A DNA stretch of 64,000 bases, from contig JBBTRX010000002.1 of the NCBI GenBank assembly GCA_038064975.1, forward strand, positions 193,278-257,277. Direction: 5' to 3'. This DNA comes from Patescibacteria group bacterium. GTDB lineage: Bacteria > Patescibacteriota > Minisyncoccia > UBA6257 > 1-14-0-10-40-38. This document shows, one piece after another, positions 18,544 through 29,634 of the stretch. The position numbers and the translations under genes were made by a program. The first letter of the stretch is position 1. Each line of letters begins with the position of its first letter. The notes below the pieces were generated by a model that had not been told where the DNA came from, made no database searches, and worked only from the letters and a program-made list of their open reading frames with translations.

Positions 18544-19839
18544 TCAGAACGACGAATTTTGTTTTGCTGCCATAAGAGAAGTGATTGAGCTTTGTGCTTC
18601 TTGAATAGCGGCAGCAGGAAGCTTGCGTCCGTTTATTACGTCTTCAATTACTTTTGAGAGTATTTGTTCAACGGTTACATTATCAATCTGTGGCCATGAG
18701 CGTGCAGATAAGGCCTGTGTTGCAAAGACACCGAGTGAGGCATCGGTCTGTGCTATTTGAATAAGGGAACGGAGTGCCGGCGGTTTCCCCGTGCGGTCAG
18801 TATATCTTTTTCCTGCTGCGGGATCTGCTGTCATAGCGAGGATATAGCTCCACGCGCCGCTATAGTTCTGTGTTCTATTAGAAACACCGATACCCCAGTA
18901 GTTTCCGTAGTTTACAGACTTTGTGGATCCCGAAGGTTGTGGCAGAGGAGCCACGCGATATTTCAGAAACGGATTTTTATTTTCAATCGTCGGCATGTGG
19001 TAGGCGTAGCCCAGCATCATCGCAATGCTCTCGTCCGCAAATCCATCCAAAGAATTTTTGAACGTATCGGTCCACGTAAAGTTTTTGTCTGCGGGATTCG
19101 CAAAGTCAGTATAGAACTTAAGTGCCTGTGCTCCTTGTGATCCAAAATCGGCTCGAGAAAAATCGGAGGAAACCATAGGGGATCCCGATTGGAGCATGAG
19201 GAGAGAAAGGATGTCCGTCGCGCGGCTTATACTTTTATTTGATCCACCGATTGCTGCTCCTGCACGTACTACGCGACCTCCCGAATCAAGTTCACGGAGT
19301 CGAGGAATAAGATTTTGAAAATCCGTCCAAGTTGTTGGAGGAAGTGCGATGCCCTCGGAATCAAAAAGATCCTGATTGTAATAGAGCGCAAGCGTATCAA
19401 TAGAGAGTGGAAGGGCGTAGATGAGCCCGTCCGGAGCAAAATCTTGTTCTGCTACAGTCGGATATAATTGCCGGAACGTAGCAACGGTGAGCTGGCTCTC
19501 AGGAACTGGCGCAAGCTTGTCGTAGTGCTTCGGAATCCAGGTGTTATGCACCATGAACATGTCCGGCCCCTTCCCGGCAGCGAGAGCATTTACAAGCTCT
19601 GTTTCATAATTTTGCGGATCAAACTGGCGATAGGTTATCGCATACTGTCCCCCAAGTGCAGCCGTAAGCTCGTTAATAACAGCTGATGTTTCGAAAACTC
19701 CCCAAAACGTAAGGGCGGTTTTGTTTCTATCTTCCGGATTTTGGCGCCCGGGAATCACGCCGAGAAAAACAAGAACAAAAAAGATAATAACGAATCCTGT
19801 GATGCCAACGATAATCGCACGGGATTTTGGAATTGCCAT
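18544..19839 (-). CDS. Extracellular solute-binding protein (sugar ABC type)
   Basis: LTFWGVF, AAGKGPDMF, YALPLSIDTLALYYNQDLF. Confidence 0.85.
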   Translation of the reverse strand: MAIPKSRAIIVGITGFVIIFFVLVFLGVIPGRQNPEDRNKTALTFWGVFETSAVINELTAALGGQYAITYRQFDPQNYETELVNALAAGKGPDMFMVHNTWIPKHYDKLAPVPESQLTVATFRQLYPTVAEQDFAPDGLIYALPLSIDTLALYYNQDLFDSEGIALPPTTWTDFQNLIPRLRELDSGGRVVRAGAAIGGSNKSISRATDILSLLMLQSGSPMVSSDFSRADFGSQGAQALKFYTDFANPADKNFTWTDTFKNSLDGFADESIAMMLGYAYHMPTIENKNPFLKYRVAPLPQPSGSTKSVNYGNYWGIGVSNRTQNYSGAWSYILAMTADPAAGKRYTDRTGKPPALRSLIQIAQTDASLGVFATQALSARSWPQIDNVTVEQILSKVIEDVINGRKLPAAAIQEAQSSITSLMAAKQNSSF

Positions 19840-19874
19840 TAGTTACTATTATACAATGCACTGCTTCACAAAGT

Positions 19875-19904
19875 AAAAACTCCCTCTGGTTTAGAGGGAG
19901 TTTT
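19875..19904 (-). terminator. Terminator after gyrA
   Basis: aaaaactccctct-ggttt-agagggagttttt. Confidence 0.65.
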
Positions 19905-19935
19905 TAGATTCTATTTTCTAGTTACTAATTTCTAT

Positions 19936-22374
19936 TTAAAAACACGCAATCGCAACCAATCGATCTCCAGGACGGAGAGACATAATACGCACACCTTGCG
20001 TTGCGCGCCCTGCTACACGAACGGTTTTAATCGGAGTTCTGATGATTTGTCCTTTCGCCGAAATGGCGAGAATCTCTTCTTCTTCACCGATAAGTTTCGC
20101 GGAAACCATGGGGCCAGTTTTTGCCGTGATGCTTGCTGCTTTAGTACCGGATCCTCCGCGTGTTTGAATTCTGAATTGCGTAATTGGTGTTTGTTTGCCG
20201 TAACCGTTTGCCATAACCACGAGCAGGCGCTTACCTTCTTTTTCTTCGTCGCGCAAAATGTCCATTGAGCTTACGCCGTCGTTTTTCTTGAGGCGAATAG
20301 CGCGCACGCCGGAAGCAGTGCGTCCCATCACGCGGACGTTGGATTCTTTGAAACGAATAGATTGTCCATTTGCGGTTGTGATAATGATCTCGTCTTTTCC
20401 ATCTGTCATATCAACCCAGCGGAGCGAATCGTCTTTGTGAAGTTTAATCGCGATGATTCCAGTTTTTCGAACATTCGCAAAATCCGCAAGAGAAGTTTTT
20501 TTAATCATTCCCATGGAGGTGAGCATGACAAGAGACTTTCCTTTCGCTGCTTCGCCCTTCGTATCCGGATAGGCAATAATTGCCTGGATTTTTTCTTCAA
20601 GCGGAATTTCTAAAAAGTTATGTATCGGTTTTCCTTTTGCAGTGCGGGAGCTCTGCGGGATTTCCCAAACCTTTGTTTGGAATACGCGGCCGCGATCCGT
20701 GAAGAAAAGAATATTGTCGTGCGTTTTCGCGGTCACGAGGTGCGTCAAGAAATCGTCTTCCGAAACTTCGGATCCGATAAGTCCCTTGCCACCGCGGCGT
20801 TGGGTCTTGAATGTTTCCGGTGGAAGGCGCTTTACATAACCGGTTTGAGAGAACGTGATAACTGTATCTTCTTGCGGAATCAAATCTTCCTCGCGGAAAT
20901 CTTTAAGACCGGTTGCAACAACTCTCGTTCTTCGCGGGTCGGCGTATTTAGTCTTAATTTCTCCCAATTCCGTTTTGATAACCTCAAGAATTTTTTTGGA
21001 AGACGAAAGTAAAAGCTCTAAAGCTTTAATGAGTGTGTGCTTTTCTTTAAGTTCCTCGTCAATTTTTAGTCGCTCAAGTGCCGCTAATGTTTGCAGGCGC
21101 ATTTCCAAAATTGCGTTCGTCTGGAGTTCGGAAAGCTTGAATTTCTGCATCAAGTTATCGCGAGCATCGTCGCGGTCTTTTGATTTTTTGATCGTGGAGA
21201 TAACGGCATCAATGTTGTCCAATGCTTTCGCGAGCCCTTCTAATATATGGGCGCGTTCTTTCGCACGCTTCAAGTCAAACTCCGCACGGCGGCGTATTAC
21301 GACTTCGCGATGCGAAATATGTGCCTGAAGAATATCTTTTAATGAAAGTACTTGCGGCTGTATGCCGTCGACAAGCGCAATCATATTCATATGAAAATCT
21401 TTTTGCAGGTCAGTGTGTTGGTAGAGCTGGTTTAAAATCTTTTGAGGCGAAGCATCATTTTTAAGCTCAATAACAACGCGCAGGCCGTCTTTATCTGATT
21501 CGTCACGAAGATCTTTAATACCTTCAACTTTCTTGTCCTGTACAAGTTCCGCGATTTTAATAACGAGTTCGGATTTATTCACTTGGTAAGGAATTTCGGA
21601 AATAACAATATCAAAACCGTTCCGCGATTCTTTGCGTTCAACGACTTCTGCTACCGCGCGCATGGTGACCGGCCCTCTTCCTGAAGCGTAATTTTCCGCG
21701 ATATTTTTTGCGTCGTAGATAATACCTCCTGTTGGAAAGTCTGGTCCTTTTACAAAACGGACTAAATCCTGCACCGTCGCTTTCGGTTCATCAATCAAGT
21801 GAAGCGTTGCATCAATAATTTCTCCTAAGTTATGAGGAGGAATATTTGTCGCCATACCGACGGCAATACCGACTGCGCCGTTTAAGAGGAGCGTCGGAAG
21901 TTTTGCGGGGAGTACTTTTGGTTCTTCTCGGCTGTCGTCATAGTTCGGCTGCCAGTCAACCGTTTCTTTTTCGATGTCAGTCAAGAGTTCAGCTGCGATG
22001 CGCGAAAGCTTTGTTTCGGTATAACGCATGGCTGCTGCGTTATCACCATCAACTGATCCCCAGTTTCCTTGCCCGATGACGAGCGGATAGCGCAAAGAAA
22101 AATCCTGCGCCATACGGACGAGCGTATCGTAAATAGAAGAATCTCCATGGGGATGGTATTTTCCCATAACTTCTCCAACGACGTTTGCGGATTTGCGAAG
22201 CTTTGCGTCTGCGGTAAGGCCAGAGTCCCACATCGCCCAAAGAATTCTCCGTTGCACCGGCTTTAAACCGTCCCGCACATCGGGAAGCGCGCGCGAAACA
22301 ATAACAGACATCGCATAATCAAGATACGATTCCTGCAGTTCGCTGGTTATTTCTCGTTTTTCTACGTTATCCAT
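19936..22374 (-). CDS. gyrA: DNA gyrase subunit A
   Basis: [38 protein letters not shown], GyrA box QRRGGKG. Confidence 0.98.
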   Translation of the reverse strand: MDNVEKREITSELQESYLDYAMSVIVSRALPDVRDGLKPVQRRILWAMWDSGLTADAKLRKSANVVGEVMGKYHPHGDSSIYDTLVRMAQDFSLRYPLVIGQGNWGSVDGDNAAAMRYTETKLSRIAAELLTDIEKETVDWQPNYDDSREEPKVLPAKLPTLLLNGAVGIAVGMATNIPPHNLGEIIDATLHLIDEPKATVQDLVRFVKGPDFPTGGIIYDAKNIAENYASGRGPVTMRAVAEVVERKESRNGFDIVISEIPYQVNKSELVIKIAELVQDKKVEGIKDLRDESDKDGLRVVIELKNDASPQKILNQLYQHTDLQKDFHMNMIALVDGIQPQVLSLKDILQAHISHREVVIRRRAEFDLKRAKERAHILEGLAKALDNIDAVISTIKKSKDRDDARDNLMQKFKLSELQTNAILEMRLQTLAALERLKIDEELKEKHTLIKALELLLSSSKKILEVIKTELGEIKTKYADPRRTRVVATGLKDFREEDLIPQEDTVITFSQTGYVKRLPPETFKTQRRGGKGLIGSEVSEDDFLTHLVTAKTHDNILFFTDRGRVFQTKVWEIPQSSRTAKGKPIHNFLEIPLEEKIQAIIAYPDTKGEAAKGKSLVMLTSMGMIKKTSLADFANVRKTGIIAIKLHKDDSLRWVDMTDGKDEIIITTANGQSIRFKESNVRVMGRTASGVRAIRLKKNDGVSSMDILRDEEKEGKRLLVVMANGYGKQTPITQFRIQTRGGSGTKAASITAKTGPMVSAKLIGEEEEILAISAKGQIIRTPIKTVRVAGRATQGVRIMSLRPGDRLVAIACF

Positions 22375-22384
22375 GGAATTTGCA

Positions 22385-22762
22385 TTACGGAAGTTGAGTT
22401 GGCGGAATAACTTCTAGTGTTTCAAGTATAAAATTTTTCTGTGGAGTTTCTATAATAATCGTACGATCTTCGCTGATTTGATTCTTTGCGGATTCGGCAA
22501 TCTTGCCTCCTTGTTTTAATACGCCGCGCGTTCCTTCTCCTACAATCACCAGTCCTGCTTTAAATGATTCCGTAAACCCCATCTTTTCACTCTCTGCTTC
22601 CACGGTTGGAACTTCTGTGGAGGGGATGATTGCTTTAAGATACCCGACCCATACAAGAAGTACAACGAGCATCGTGCCGCCCGAGAGTATGACAAGCCAT
22701 CTTCGGCGGACCGATTCGCTTTGCTCCTGCAGATTCTGAATGAAACGGATAATGCTTCGCAT
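22385..22762 (-). CDS. Hypothetical single-TM protein
   Basis: Operonic position, one TM helix. Confidence 0.65.
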   Translation of the reverse strand: MRSIIRFIQNLQEQSESVRRRWLVILSGGTMLVVLLVWVGYLKAIIPSTEVPTVEAESEKMGFTESFKAGLVIVGEGTRGVLKQGGKIAESAKNQISEDRTIIIETPQKNFILETLEVIPPTQLP

Positions 22763-22769
22763 GGGGGAA

Positions 22770-23378
22770 TTAGATCGTAAGAACGACAATGCGCGGATGC
22801 TCCGGCAAGTCTTTCTTTTTAATAACTAATTTTTCTTCTTTGCTGGATTCTCGCCCGATTTCTTTTACAAATTCTTCTATCGTGCCTGCTTTCCGCTTCA
22901 AATCTTTAATTTTGAAAAATGCAGGAATGATAATGCGGGGATTAATTTGCTTGATGATTTTAGCCACGGCTTCAATAGATATATGTGGCTCGTCTCCTGC
23001 GGGAACGATAAGGATCTCTGATCCGGCAAGGCCTTCCTGCGCATCCGGACGAAGAGGTTCGGTGAGTCCACCCAATATTCCTATCTTTATGTCTTCTAAA
23101 ACGACAGTATAGATAGTTTTCGCGGTTGCTGCGTTTTCTCCATCAGCAAATCCGGAGATCGCTACACCCTGTATTTCATATTCACCGGGACCTAAAACGC
23201 TATCAAACTCCCGTCCTGTCTCATAGGGGATGGGGTAAGGCGTTTCGGTCTGTATTGCGATATTTGGCTTAAATCGCGGAGCGGTGAGTCCGCTATCATC
23301 ATGTAATGAATCAAGGGCGATCGTAAGCTGTCCCGATTGGATTTTAAAGCATCCTTCTCCGTACCAGGTGATAATCAT
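22770..23378 (-). CDS. Metallo-beta-lactamase-fold protein lacking canonical His ligands
   Basis: MIITWYGEGCFKI, GPGEYEI.GV.I.G, INPRIIIP. Confidence 0.75.
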   Translation of the reverse strand: MIITWYGEGCFKIQSGQLTIALDSLHDDSGLTAPRFKPNIAIQTETPYPIPYETGREFDSVLGPGEYEIQGVAISGFADGENAATAKTIYTVVLEDIKIGILGGLTEPLRPDAQEGLAGSEILIVPAGDEPHISIEAVAKIIKQINPRIIIPAFFKIKDLKRKAGTIEEFVKEIGRESSKEEKLVIKKKDLPEHPRIVVLTI

Positions 23379-23542
23379 GAGTGTTTGGGTCCCAATAACC
23401 GCGTAAGAAGCGATATAATAGGAAGTTCTATTATAGTAGCAAAAAATAAGTCTGTTTTCAAGCCCAAAATACATGAAAACGCCCCTATATATTGACTTTT
23501 ACGCTACTCAACCTTATAATTGCCCTACGTTTAATTTCCTCT

Positions 23543-24640
23543 ATGAATACGAATACAATACGGAAGCCGAACATCTCGCCGCTTGGGGCACTTATTAAGA
23601 AGTCATCCGAGTTTAAATTGTTCGTTGTGGGCGAAATCGTTGATGCTATTTTGATAGAAAAGGCGCAAAAAGCTGCCTATTTTAATTTAGGTCCCTTTGG
23701 AACAGGTATGGTATACGGCGCAGAATTTAGCAATGCGTCTCATATCTTAAAGAGTTTGAATCCCGGAGATCCTATTTCCGCAAAAGTAGTTTCTATGGAA
23801 GGCGAGAATGGCTACATTGAACTCTCTCTAGCAGAGGCGGGTATTCAGAAATCATGGGAAATTATTAAAGAACTGGAAGAGCGGGGCGAAATTATCTCGG
23901 TAAAAATTTCTGGAGCAAATGCCGGCGGCCTGCTTACGGAGCTTCATGGCATCCGTGCTTTCGTTCCTGTTTCTCAGCTTTCTCACGATCACTATCCTCG
24001 CATTGATGACGGCGATAGAACAAAGATAATGGAAGAGCTCAAAAAGTTTGTCGGTACGGACCTTAAGGTAAAAATTATTGATATGAAGCCGCGCGCGAAG
24101 AAACTTATTCTTTCCGAGCGCGAAGGATCTGATGCTGGCAATGCAAAAGAATTGCTGGAGAAATATAAAGTTGGCGAAACAATTGAAGGCGTAGTTTCCG
24201 GAGTCGCTGATTTCGGCGCGTTTATAAAATTCGTAGATAATCCGCAGATTGAAGGATTGGTACACATCTCCGAGCTTGATCATAAACTTATTGAAAGCCC
24301 GAAAGAGATTGTAAAAATCGGAGACGCAGTACAAGCAAAAATTATTGAAATTAAAGAAGGCAAGGTTTCCCTTTCGCTCAAAGCGTTGAAGCTGGATCCT
24401 TGGCTCAAGGTCGGCGAACGTTACAAGGCAGGTACCGAAGCTAAAGGAACAGTAACCCGATTTAATCCATTCGGCGCGTTTGTCGCGCTTGATTCGGAAA
24501 TCCAAGGTTTGATCCACGTTTCTGAATTCGGCAGTGTGGACGAAATGAAAGCGAAAATTGAAATCGGAAAAATATATTCGTTTTCTATTGAACTCGTAAA
24601 GCCTGAGGAGAAACGCATTATCCTTAAAATGAAAAAATAA
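23543..24640 (+). CDS. rpsA: 30S ribosomal protein S1 (four S1 domains)
   Basis: Repeated S1 motifs: FGAFI..IEGLVHISEL, FGAFV..IQGLIHVSE. Confidence 0.88.
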   Translation: MNTNTIRKPNISPLGALIKKSSEFKLFVVGEIVDAILIEKAQKAAYFNLGPFGTGMVYGAEFSNASHILKSLNPGDPISAKVVSMEGENGYIELSLAEAGIQKSWEIIKELEERGEIISVKISGANAGGLLTELHGIRAFVPVSQLSHDHYPRIDDGDRTKIMEELKKFVGTDLKVKIIDMKPRAKKLILSEREGSDAGNAKELLEKYKVGETIEGVVSGVADFGAFIKFVDNPQIEGLVHISELDHKLIESPKEIVKIGDAVQAKIIEIKEGKVSLSLKALKLDPWLKVGERYKAGTEAKGTVTRFNPFGAFVALDSEIQGLIHVSEFGSVDEMKAKIEIGKIYSFSIELVKPEEKRIILKMKK

Positions 24641-24641
24641 T

Positions 24642-24908
24642 ATGTTGACTTCCCGCAAAAAAAAGACAGTTATTAAAGAATACGGAATCCATGAAACGGA
24701 TACCGGATCGGCGCCGGTGCAGATCGCGGTTTTGACGAAGCAGATTAAAGAGCTTACGTCTCATTTGAAAAAGCATCCAAAGGATCATCATTCCCGACGG
24801 GGTCTTTTGAAAATGGTTGGCAAGCGCCGTCGTTTGCTTACGTATCTTTCTAAACAAAACGCGAAGTCTCACGGCACGCTCTTGAAGCGGCTTGAGCTCA
24901 AGAAATAG
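24642..24908 (+). CDS. rpsO: 30S ribosomal protein S15
   Basis: DTGSAPVQIA, KDHHSRRGLLKMVGKRRRLL. Confidence 0.98.
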   Translation: MLTSRKKKTVIKEYGIHETDTGSAPVQIAVLTKQIKELTSHLKKHPKDHHSRRGLLKMVGKRRRLLTYLSKQNAKSHGTLLKRLELKK

Positions 24909-24909
24909 A

Positions 24910-25473
24910 ATGGCTCATAAAGACCAGCGAGTAGGTATTTTCATAGACATTCAGAACCTGTACCACTCGGCTAAAAATTTGTACGGTGCTCGGGTAAATT
25001 ACAAAGAACTTATCAAGCATCTCGTTGATGGGAGGAATCTTATCCGCTCCATTGCGTATGTTGTAAAAACGGAGTCAACACTCGGCGAGAGTTCTTTTTT
25101 TGAAGCGTTGAAGCAGTCCGGTCTTGAGCTTCGCACAAAAGATTTGCAAATTTATCCCGGCGGCATGAAAAAAGCTGACTGGGACGTTGGTATGGCAATT
25201 GATGCAGTGCGCCTTGCCGGCAGTATGGACGTGATCATACTCGTCACAGGCGACGGGGATTTCCTTCCGCTCGTTGATTATCTCCGCTGGGGTTTTGGAA
25301 AAGAAATTGAAGTTGCTGCATTCTCTCGTACGACGTCAGGAAAATTGAAAGAAGTTGCGGATAAATACACTGCCATTGAAGACGTTCCGCGAGGGCTTTT
25401 AAAGAGTAAGCGTGCACGAGCAGGACGAATATCAAAAAAGGAAGGAGGTGAACAACAGGGGGAGGGAGAATAG
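24910..25473 (+). CDS. NYN-domain (LabA/DUF88) PIN-fold protein
   Basis: IFIDIQNLY, KADWDVGMAID, VTGDGDF. Confidence 0.9.
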   Translation: MAHKDQRVGIFIDIQNLYHSAKNLYGARVNYKELIKHLVDGRNLIRSIAYVVKTESTLGESSFFEALKQSGLELRTKDLQIYPGGMKKADWDVGMAIDAVRLAGSMDVIILVTGDGDFLPLVDYLRWGFGKEIEVAAFSRTTSGKLKEVADKYTAIEDVPRGLLKSKRARAGRISKKEGGEQQGEGE

Positions 25474-25565
25474 AGAGTTAAACAGGTGATCAGTTAATCA
25501 GTTGAAGAGTTAAGCTCGTTATTAGTTATAAGTCATTAGTTGTTAGTTATCCTAATATATATTTT

Positions 25566-27665
25566 ATGAAAATTGATCGGCAGGAATTTAAAACGACATT
25601 TGCAGGACAAGAGGTAGTACTTACAACGTCCGGGCTTGCTGGACAGGCGAACGCTGCAGTATTCGGGCGCCATGGCGATACGGAAGTTTTAGCGACGGTA
25701 GTTATGGGTCGCGAAGATCGCGCGGTTGATTTCTTTCCGCTCACCGTTGATTACGAAGAACGTTTTTATGCTGCGGGGAAAATTTTAGGCAGTCGCTATA
25801 TGCGACGTGAAGGTAGGCCATCGGAAGAAGCTATTCTTGCTGGGCGCATTATTGACCGCACTATCCGTCCTCTTTTTGACCATCGCATCCGCCGCGACGT
25901 CCATGTCGTGGTAACCGTGCTTTCCGTTGATGAAAAAAATGACGTTAATTTTATTGCACTTCTTGCAACATCAGCTGCGCTCGCGATTTCAGATATTCCG
26001 TGGAGCGGACCGGTTGCTGGTGTAAAGGTAACGATTGGGAAAGACGGCAAATTTGTTTTCAATCCGGTAAACGGCGAAGCAACGAACACTCATCCGAAAC
26101 TAACGAGCTTTGTCGCAGGAACAGCGGACAGAATCAACATGATAGAAATGGAAGGAGTTGAATCTTCTGAAAGTGAAACTGCAGAAGCGTTCATCGCCGC
26201 GCATAACGAAATTAAAAAACTCGTTGTATGGCAGAACGAGATGATAGGAAAAATTGGAAAGAAGAAAACAAAAGTCCATTTAGACGAACTCCCCACAGAA
26301 CTCCGTGATAAAGCACGCGTATTCCTTGAACCAAAAATTGAAAAGGCAATGTATGTTTCGGATAAAACGGAACGCGAACTGGCACTTGCCGAAGCGCACA
26401 AGGAACTTGATGCCTTTTTAGAAAAAGAATTAGGAGAAGCGTCTCCGCATCATGCGCTTTTAATTTTTGAAGAAGAAACCGATGGTTTAGTGCATCGCAA
26501 TGTTATTGAACGCAATCGCCGTCCGGACGGACGGGGCTTAGATGAAATTCGCGAACTCCACGGGGAAGCGGGAGTGCTCGCACGCGCGCACGGATCGGCA
26601 ATTTTTATGCGTGGCAATACGCAAGCGCTCGCTGTTATTACGCTAGGACCCCCGTCTGCGGAGCAGATTGTAGAAAGTATCGGGTTTACGGGAAAGCGCA
26701 AATTTTTATTGCACTACAACTTTCCTAAATTTTCTGTGGGAGAAGCGGGGACATCTCGTGGTCCAGGACGGCGAGAAATCGGGCACGGCGCGCTTGCAAG
26801 TAAAGCGATTGAGAGCGTACTTCCAACGTCAGCGGAGTTTCCGTATACGATTCGCATCGTTTCAGAAATTCTTTCGTCAAACGGATCTTCATCTATGGCG
26901 ACAGTCTGCGCGGGAATATTAGCGCTTATGGATGCTGGTGTTCCCATTAAGAAACCGGTTGCCGGAATCGCGATGGGACTTATGACTGACAGTAAGGGAA
27001 ATCATAAGGTTTTGACTGACATTCAAGGACCAGAAGATCATTATGGTGATATGGATTTTAAAGTTGCAGGAACAAAAGACGGCATAACTGCTGTCCAACT
27101 TGATGTGAAGATTAGCGGCATTACGCCTGAGATGATTAAAGAAGTTTTGGATAAAGCAAAAATCGCACGCGAAAAGATTTTAGACGTCATGAACGGCGTG
27201 CTCGCAAAGCCACGCGCAGAACTTTCTCCATACGCTCCGATTATTATTACAACGAAGATTGCTCCGGAAAAGATCGGAGAATTAATCGGTCCTGGCGGAA
27301 AGATGATTAACGGCATCATTGAGCGCACAGGCGCCCTCTCAATTGATATTGAAGAAGATGGTTCGGTATTTATCACCGCGGACAAGAAAGAACTCGCCGA
27401 AGCTGCACTGGACGAAGTCCGTGCGATCGGTAAAGTATTTGCGATTGGAGAAGTGATTGATAACGCTGAAGTGGTTCGTATCCTTGATTTTGGAGCTATT
27501 GTCCAAATTGACGCGCATCACGACGGCATGGTTCACGTCTCGGAACTCAAAGACGGATTTGTAAAAAGTGTTACTGACGTTGTAAAAGTGGGGGACAAGA
27601 TTCGCGTAAAAATAGTTCGCATTGAAGACGGCAAGATTGGGCTCTCCATGAAGCAAGCGAGATAG
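25566..27665 (+). CDS. pnp: Polyribonucleotide nucleotidyltransferase
   Basis: FFPLTVDYEE, RRPDGR, RREIGHG, SNGSSSMA, DHYGDMDFKVAG, KH and S1 domains. Confidence 0.98.
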   Translation: MKIDRQEFKTTFAGQEVVLTTSGLAGQANAAVFGRHGDTEVLATVVMGREDRAVDFFPLTVDYEERFYAAGKILGSRYMRREGRPSEEAILAGRIIDRTIRPLFDHRIRRDVHVVVTVLSVDEKNDVNFIALLATSAALAISDIPWSGPVAGVKVTIGKDGKFVFNPVNGEATNTHPKLTSFVAGTADRINMIEMEGVESSESETAEAFIAAHNEIKKLVVWQNEMIGKIGKKKTKVHLDELPTELRDKARVFLEPKIEKAMYVSDKTERELALAEAHKELDAFLEKELGEASPHHALLIFEEETDGLVHRNVIERNRRPDGRGLDEIRELHGEAGVLARAHGSAIFMRGNTQALAVITLGPPSAEQIVESIGFTGKRKFLLHYNFPKFSVGEAGTSRGPGRREIGHGALASKAIESVLPTSAEFPYTIRIVSEILSSNGSSSMATVCAGILALMDAGVPIKKPVAGIAMGLMTDSKGNHKVLTDIQGPEDHYGDMDFKVAGTKDGITAVQLDVKISGITPEMIKEVLDKAKIAREKILDVMNGVLAKPRAELSPYAPIIITTKIAPEKIGELIGPGGKMINGIIERTGALSIDIEEDGSVFITADKKELAEAALDEVRAIGKVFAIGEVIDNAEVVRILDFGAIVQIDAHHDGMVHVSELKDGFVKSVTDVVKVGDKIRVKIVRIEDGKIGLSMKQAR

Positions 27666-27794
27666 TAGGAGAGTTAATGAGTAAACAGTTAATCAGTTGA
27701 GCAGTTGATTTGGAGATCAATAATCCCGACCAAAGCGTCGGGATTATTAGTTTTCCACAGCGTAGTTTGTTTCTTCGTGTGGTATAATTTCGCT

Positions 27795-28811
27795 ATGAAT
27801 GGAGACAATATGAATACGGGCTCGTTTGGTAATTCGCCGGGAGCAGGTGCCCCTGGCCAGCCGCCACAACCGCCCCAGCAACCACAGCAGAATCAACAAA
27901 ATCAGCAGTTTGCTCCGCCTCCTCCTAAGGAAGTGGATGTTCGCACAATGGGATCGGATACAAAATCTATGGAACGGGGAGATATTTCTCCTATGCCAGA
28001 CAAAATGGCGCCTCCGCAGTTTGGCGCAGAGCCGAGCTTTGCTCCTGAAACGCAGATTGGAGGAGATTTTGGTGGTAAAGAAACAGTAGCGGACCCTGCA
28101 AAAAGCCAAAAGGTTTGGATTTGGACCGCTATTATCGCGGCCGTTGTTGTTCTGGGTGTTGGAGGATACTTCGCGCTCCCGTTCATTACTGGTACGCCTG
28201 ATCCAATAGTTGAAGAGGTTCCAGGAACTCCGATTGTTCCCGTCATTCAACATCAGTCATATCTTGTGCCCGCGCCGCTTTCTCAAAGTACTATCCAGCT
28301 TTCAGCTATCACTCAACTTGCAGCAAGAAATTCTTTAGAACTCGTTGCAGGAAATTCGCAGTCTGCAGGAACGCTCCAAGAAGTGAGCGTGCAGAATTCA
28401 ACCGGAGGGCAAATTCCTTTTGCTCAGTACATGAGTGTTTTCGCTCCCGAGCTTACGGTTACGAACATGGAGCAGTGGTTTGACGAAGACTTTACGACGT
28501 TTATCCATTATGATGCGAACGGTGCATGGCCAGGGTATGTCGCACGCTTAAAGAGTGGGGTGAATATTGATGAGGTTCGCGCGAGCGTAATGGCATTGGA
28601 AGGAACGATGATTGCAAACTTCTACCTCGGCAACCCTGGAACATTCGGCGCATTCAAAGACGGACAGATTAACACCATGCCAACCCGCTACAGCGTAGGG
28701 AGCATACCCGGCGCATCATTTAACTTTGCCATCCTCGGTAATTACTTTGTAATTACGACATCGTATCCAGGATTGCAGGCAGTGACACCTCTTCTAGGGT
28801 TTAGCCAATAG
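27795..28811 (+). CDS. Hypothetical membrane protein with P/Q-rich cytoplasmic N-terminus
   Basis: VRTMGSD motif, one TM helix, extracellular C-terminal domain. Confidence 0.75.
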   Translation: MNGDNMNTGSFGNSPGAGAPGQPPQPPQQPQQNQQNQQFAPPPPKEVDVRTMGSDTKSMERGDISPMPDKMAPPQFGAEPSFAPETQIGGDFGGKETVADPAKSQKVWIWTAIIAAVVVLGVGGYFALPFITGTPDPIVEEVPGTPIVPVIQHQSYLVPAPLSQSTIQLSAITQLAARNSLELVAGNSQSAGTLQEVSVQNSTGGQIPFAQYMSVFAPELTVTNMEQWFDEDFTTFIHYDANGAWPGYVARLKSGVNIDEVRASVMALEGTMIANFYLGNPGTFGAFKDGQINTMPTRYSVGSIPGASFNFAILGNYFVITTSYPGLQAVTPLLGFSQ

Positions 28812-28836
28812 GGTATAGGGGTTAAGGGAACAGAAA

Positions 28837-28864
28837 TAAAAAACCGCTCAAGAGAGCGGTTTTT
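28837..28864 (+). terminator. Intrinsic terminator
   Basis: aaaaaaccgctc-aaga-gagcggttttt. Confidence 0.7.
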
Positions 28865-28899
28865 GATATATTTTTTTTAAATTTGCTATACTATCAGCC

Positions 28900-29634
28900 A
28901 TGTATGCATTTATAGATGAATCCGGAGATCATAACCTCGATATAATTACTGTAGATAATTCCTACAACGTTTTTGTTTTAGGTACTATTTTGATCAAAAA
29001 GGAAGATTATGACGTTCTAGATCGTGAGTTCAAAAGATTCAAAAAGGATTTTTTTGGCGGTGAGGATTTTATATTACATACCGCGGAACTCACACACCCA
29101 AATCATAAGAAGTCTGATAAGAGAAACAGGATTATGTATAATCCAAAAAAAAGAGCCGAATTTTACACAAAAATAAACTTACTTTTGGAGAATGCACCGT
29201 TTAGCGTATGTTTTGTTGTTATACGAAAATTACATTTCATAACCCAATATGTAACTCCTTTAGATCCTTATGATCTTTCTTTCGAAAATGCCCTTAATAG
29301 AATTTTATATTACTCAAAAAGCAATAATATAAATATATATGCAGAAAAACGGATAAAACATTTAGACATACGACTAGAGCTAGACTTTCAAAAATATCGG
29401 GAGACAGGGATCGAATTTCATAGTGCAGAGGAGATAAAACAAAGGATTAATAATTTTGAGTTAAAGGATAAAAAAGAAAACATAACCGGGCTACAAATTA
29501 TTGATTTATTTGCAAGTCCAGTTGGTAGGCATTTTTTGGGGAAACCGCCGCGCCCATTAGGAAATGAAGTTCCTTATATATTGGCCATGAAAAAACTAGC
29601 TGGCCCAATAGCTTTAACTACAATTCCATCATAA
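28900..29634 (+). CDS. DUF3800 family protein
   Basis: MYAFIDESGD N-terminus and GLQIIDLFA C-terminal motif; AT-rich. Confidence 0.85.
   Translation: MYAFIDESGDHNLDIITVDNSYNVFVLGTILIKKEDYDVLDREFKRFKKDFFGGEDFILHTAELTHPNHKKSDKRNRIMYNPKKRAEFYTKINLLLENAPFSVCFVVIRKLHFITQYVTPLDPYDLSFENALNRILYYSKSNNINIYAEKRIKHLDIRLELDFQKYRETGIEFHSAEEIKQRINNFELKDKKENITGLQIIDLFASPVGRHFLGKPPRPLGNEVPYILAMKKLAGPIALTTIPS

Noticed and set aside
23852-24658. 268-aa antisense ORF and similar shadow ORFs over gyrA, pnp, nusA, clpB and the surface protein
   Set aside because: Antisense shadows of well-supported genes.
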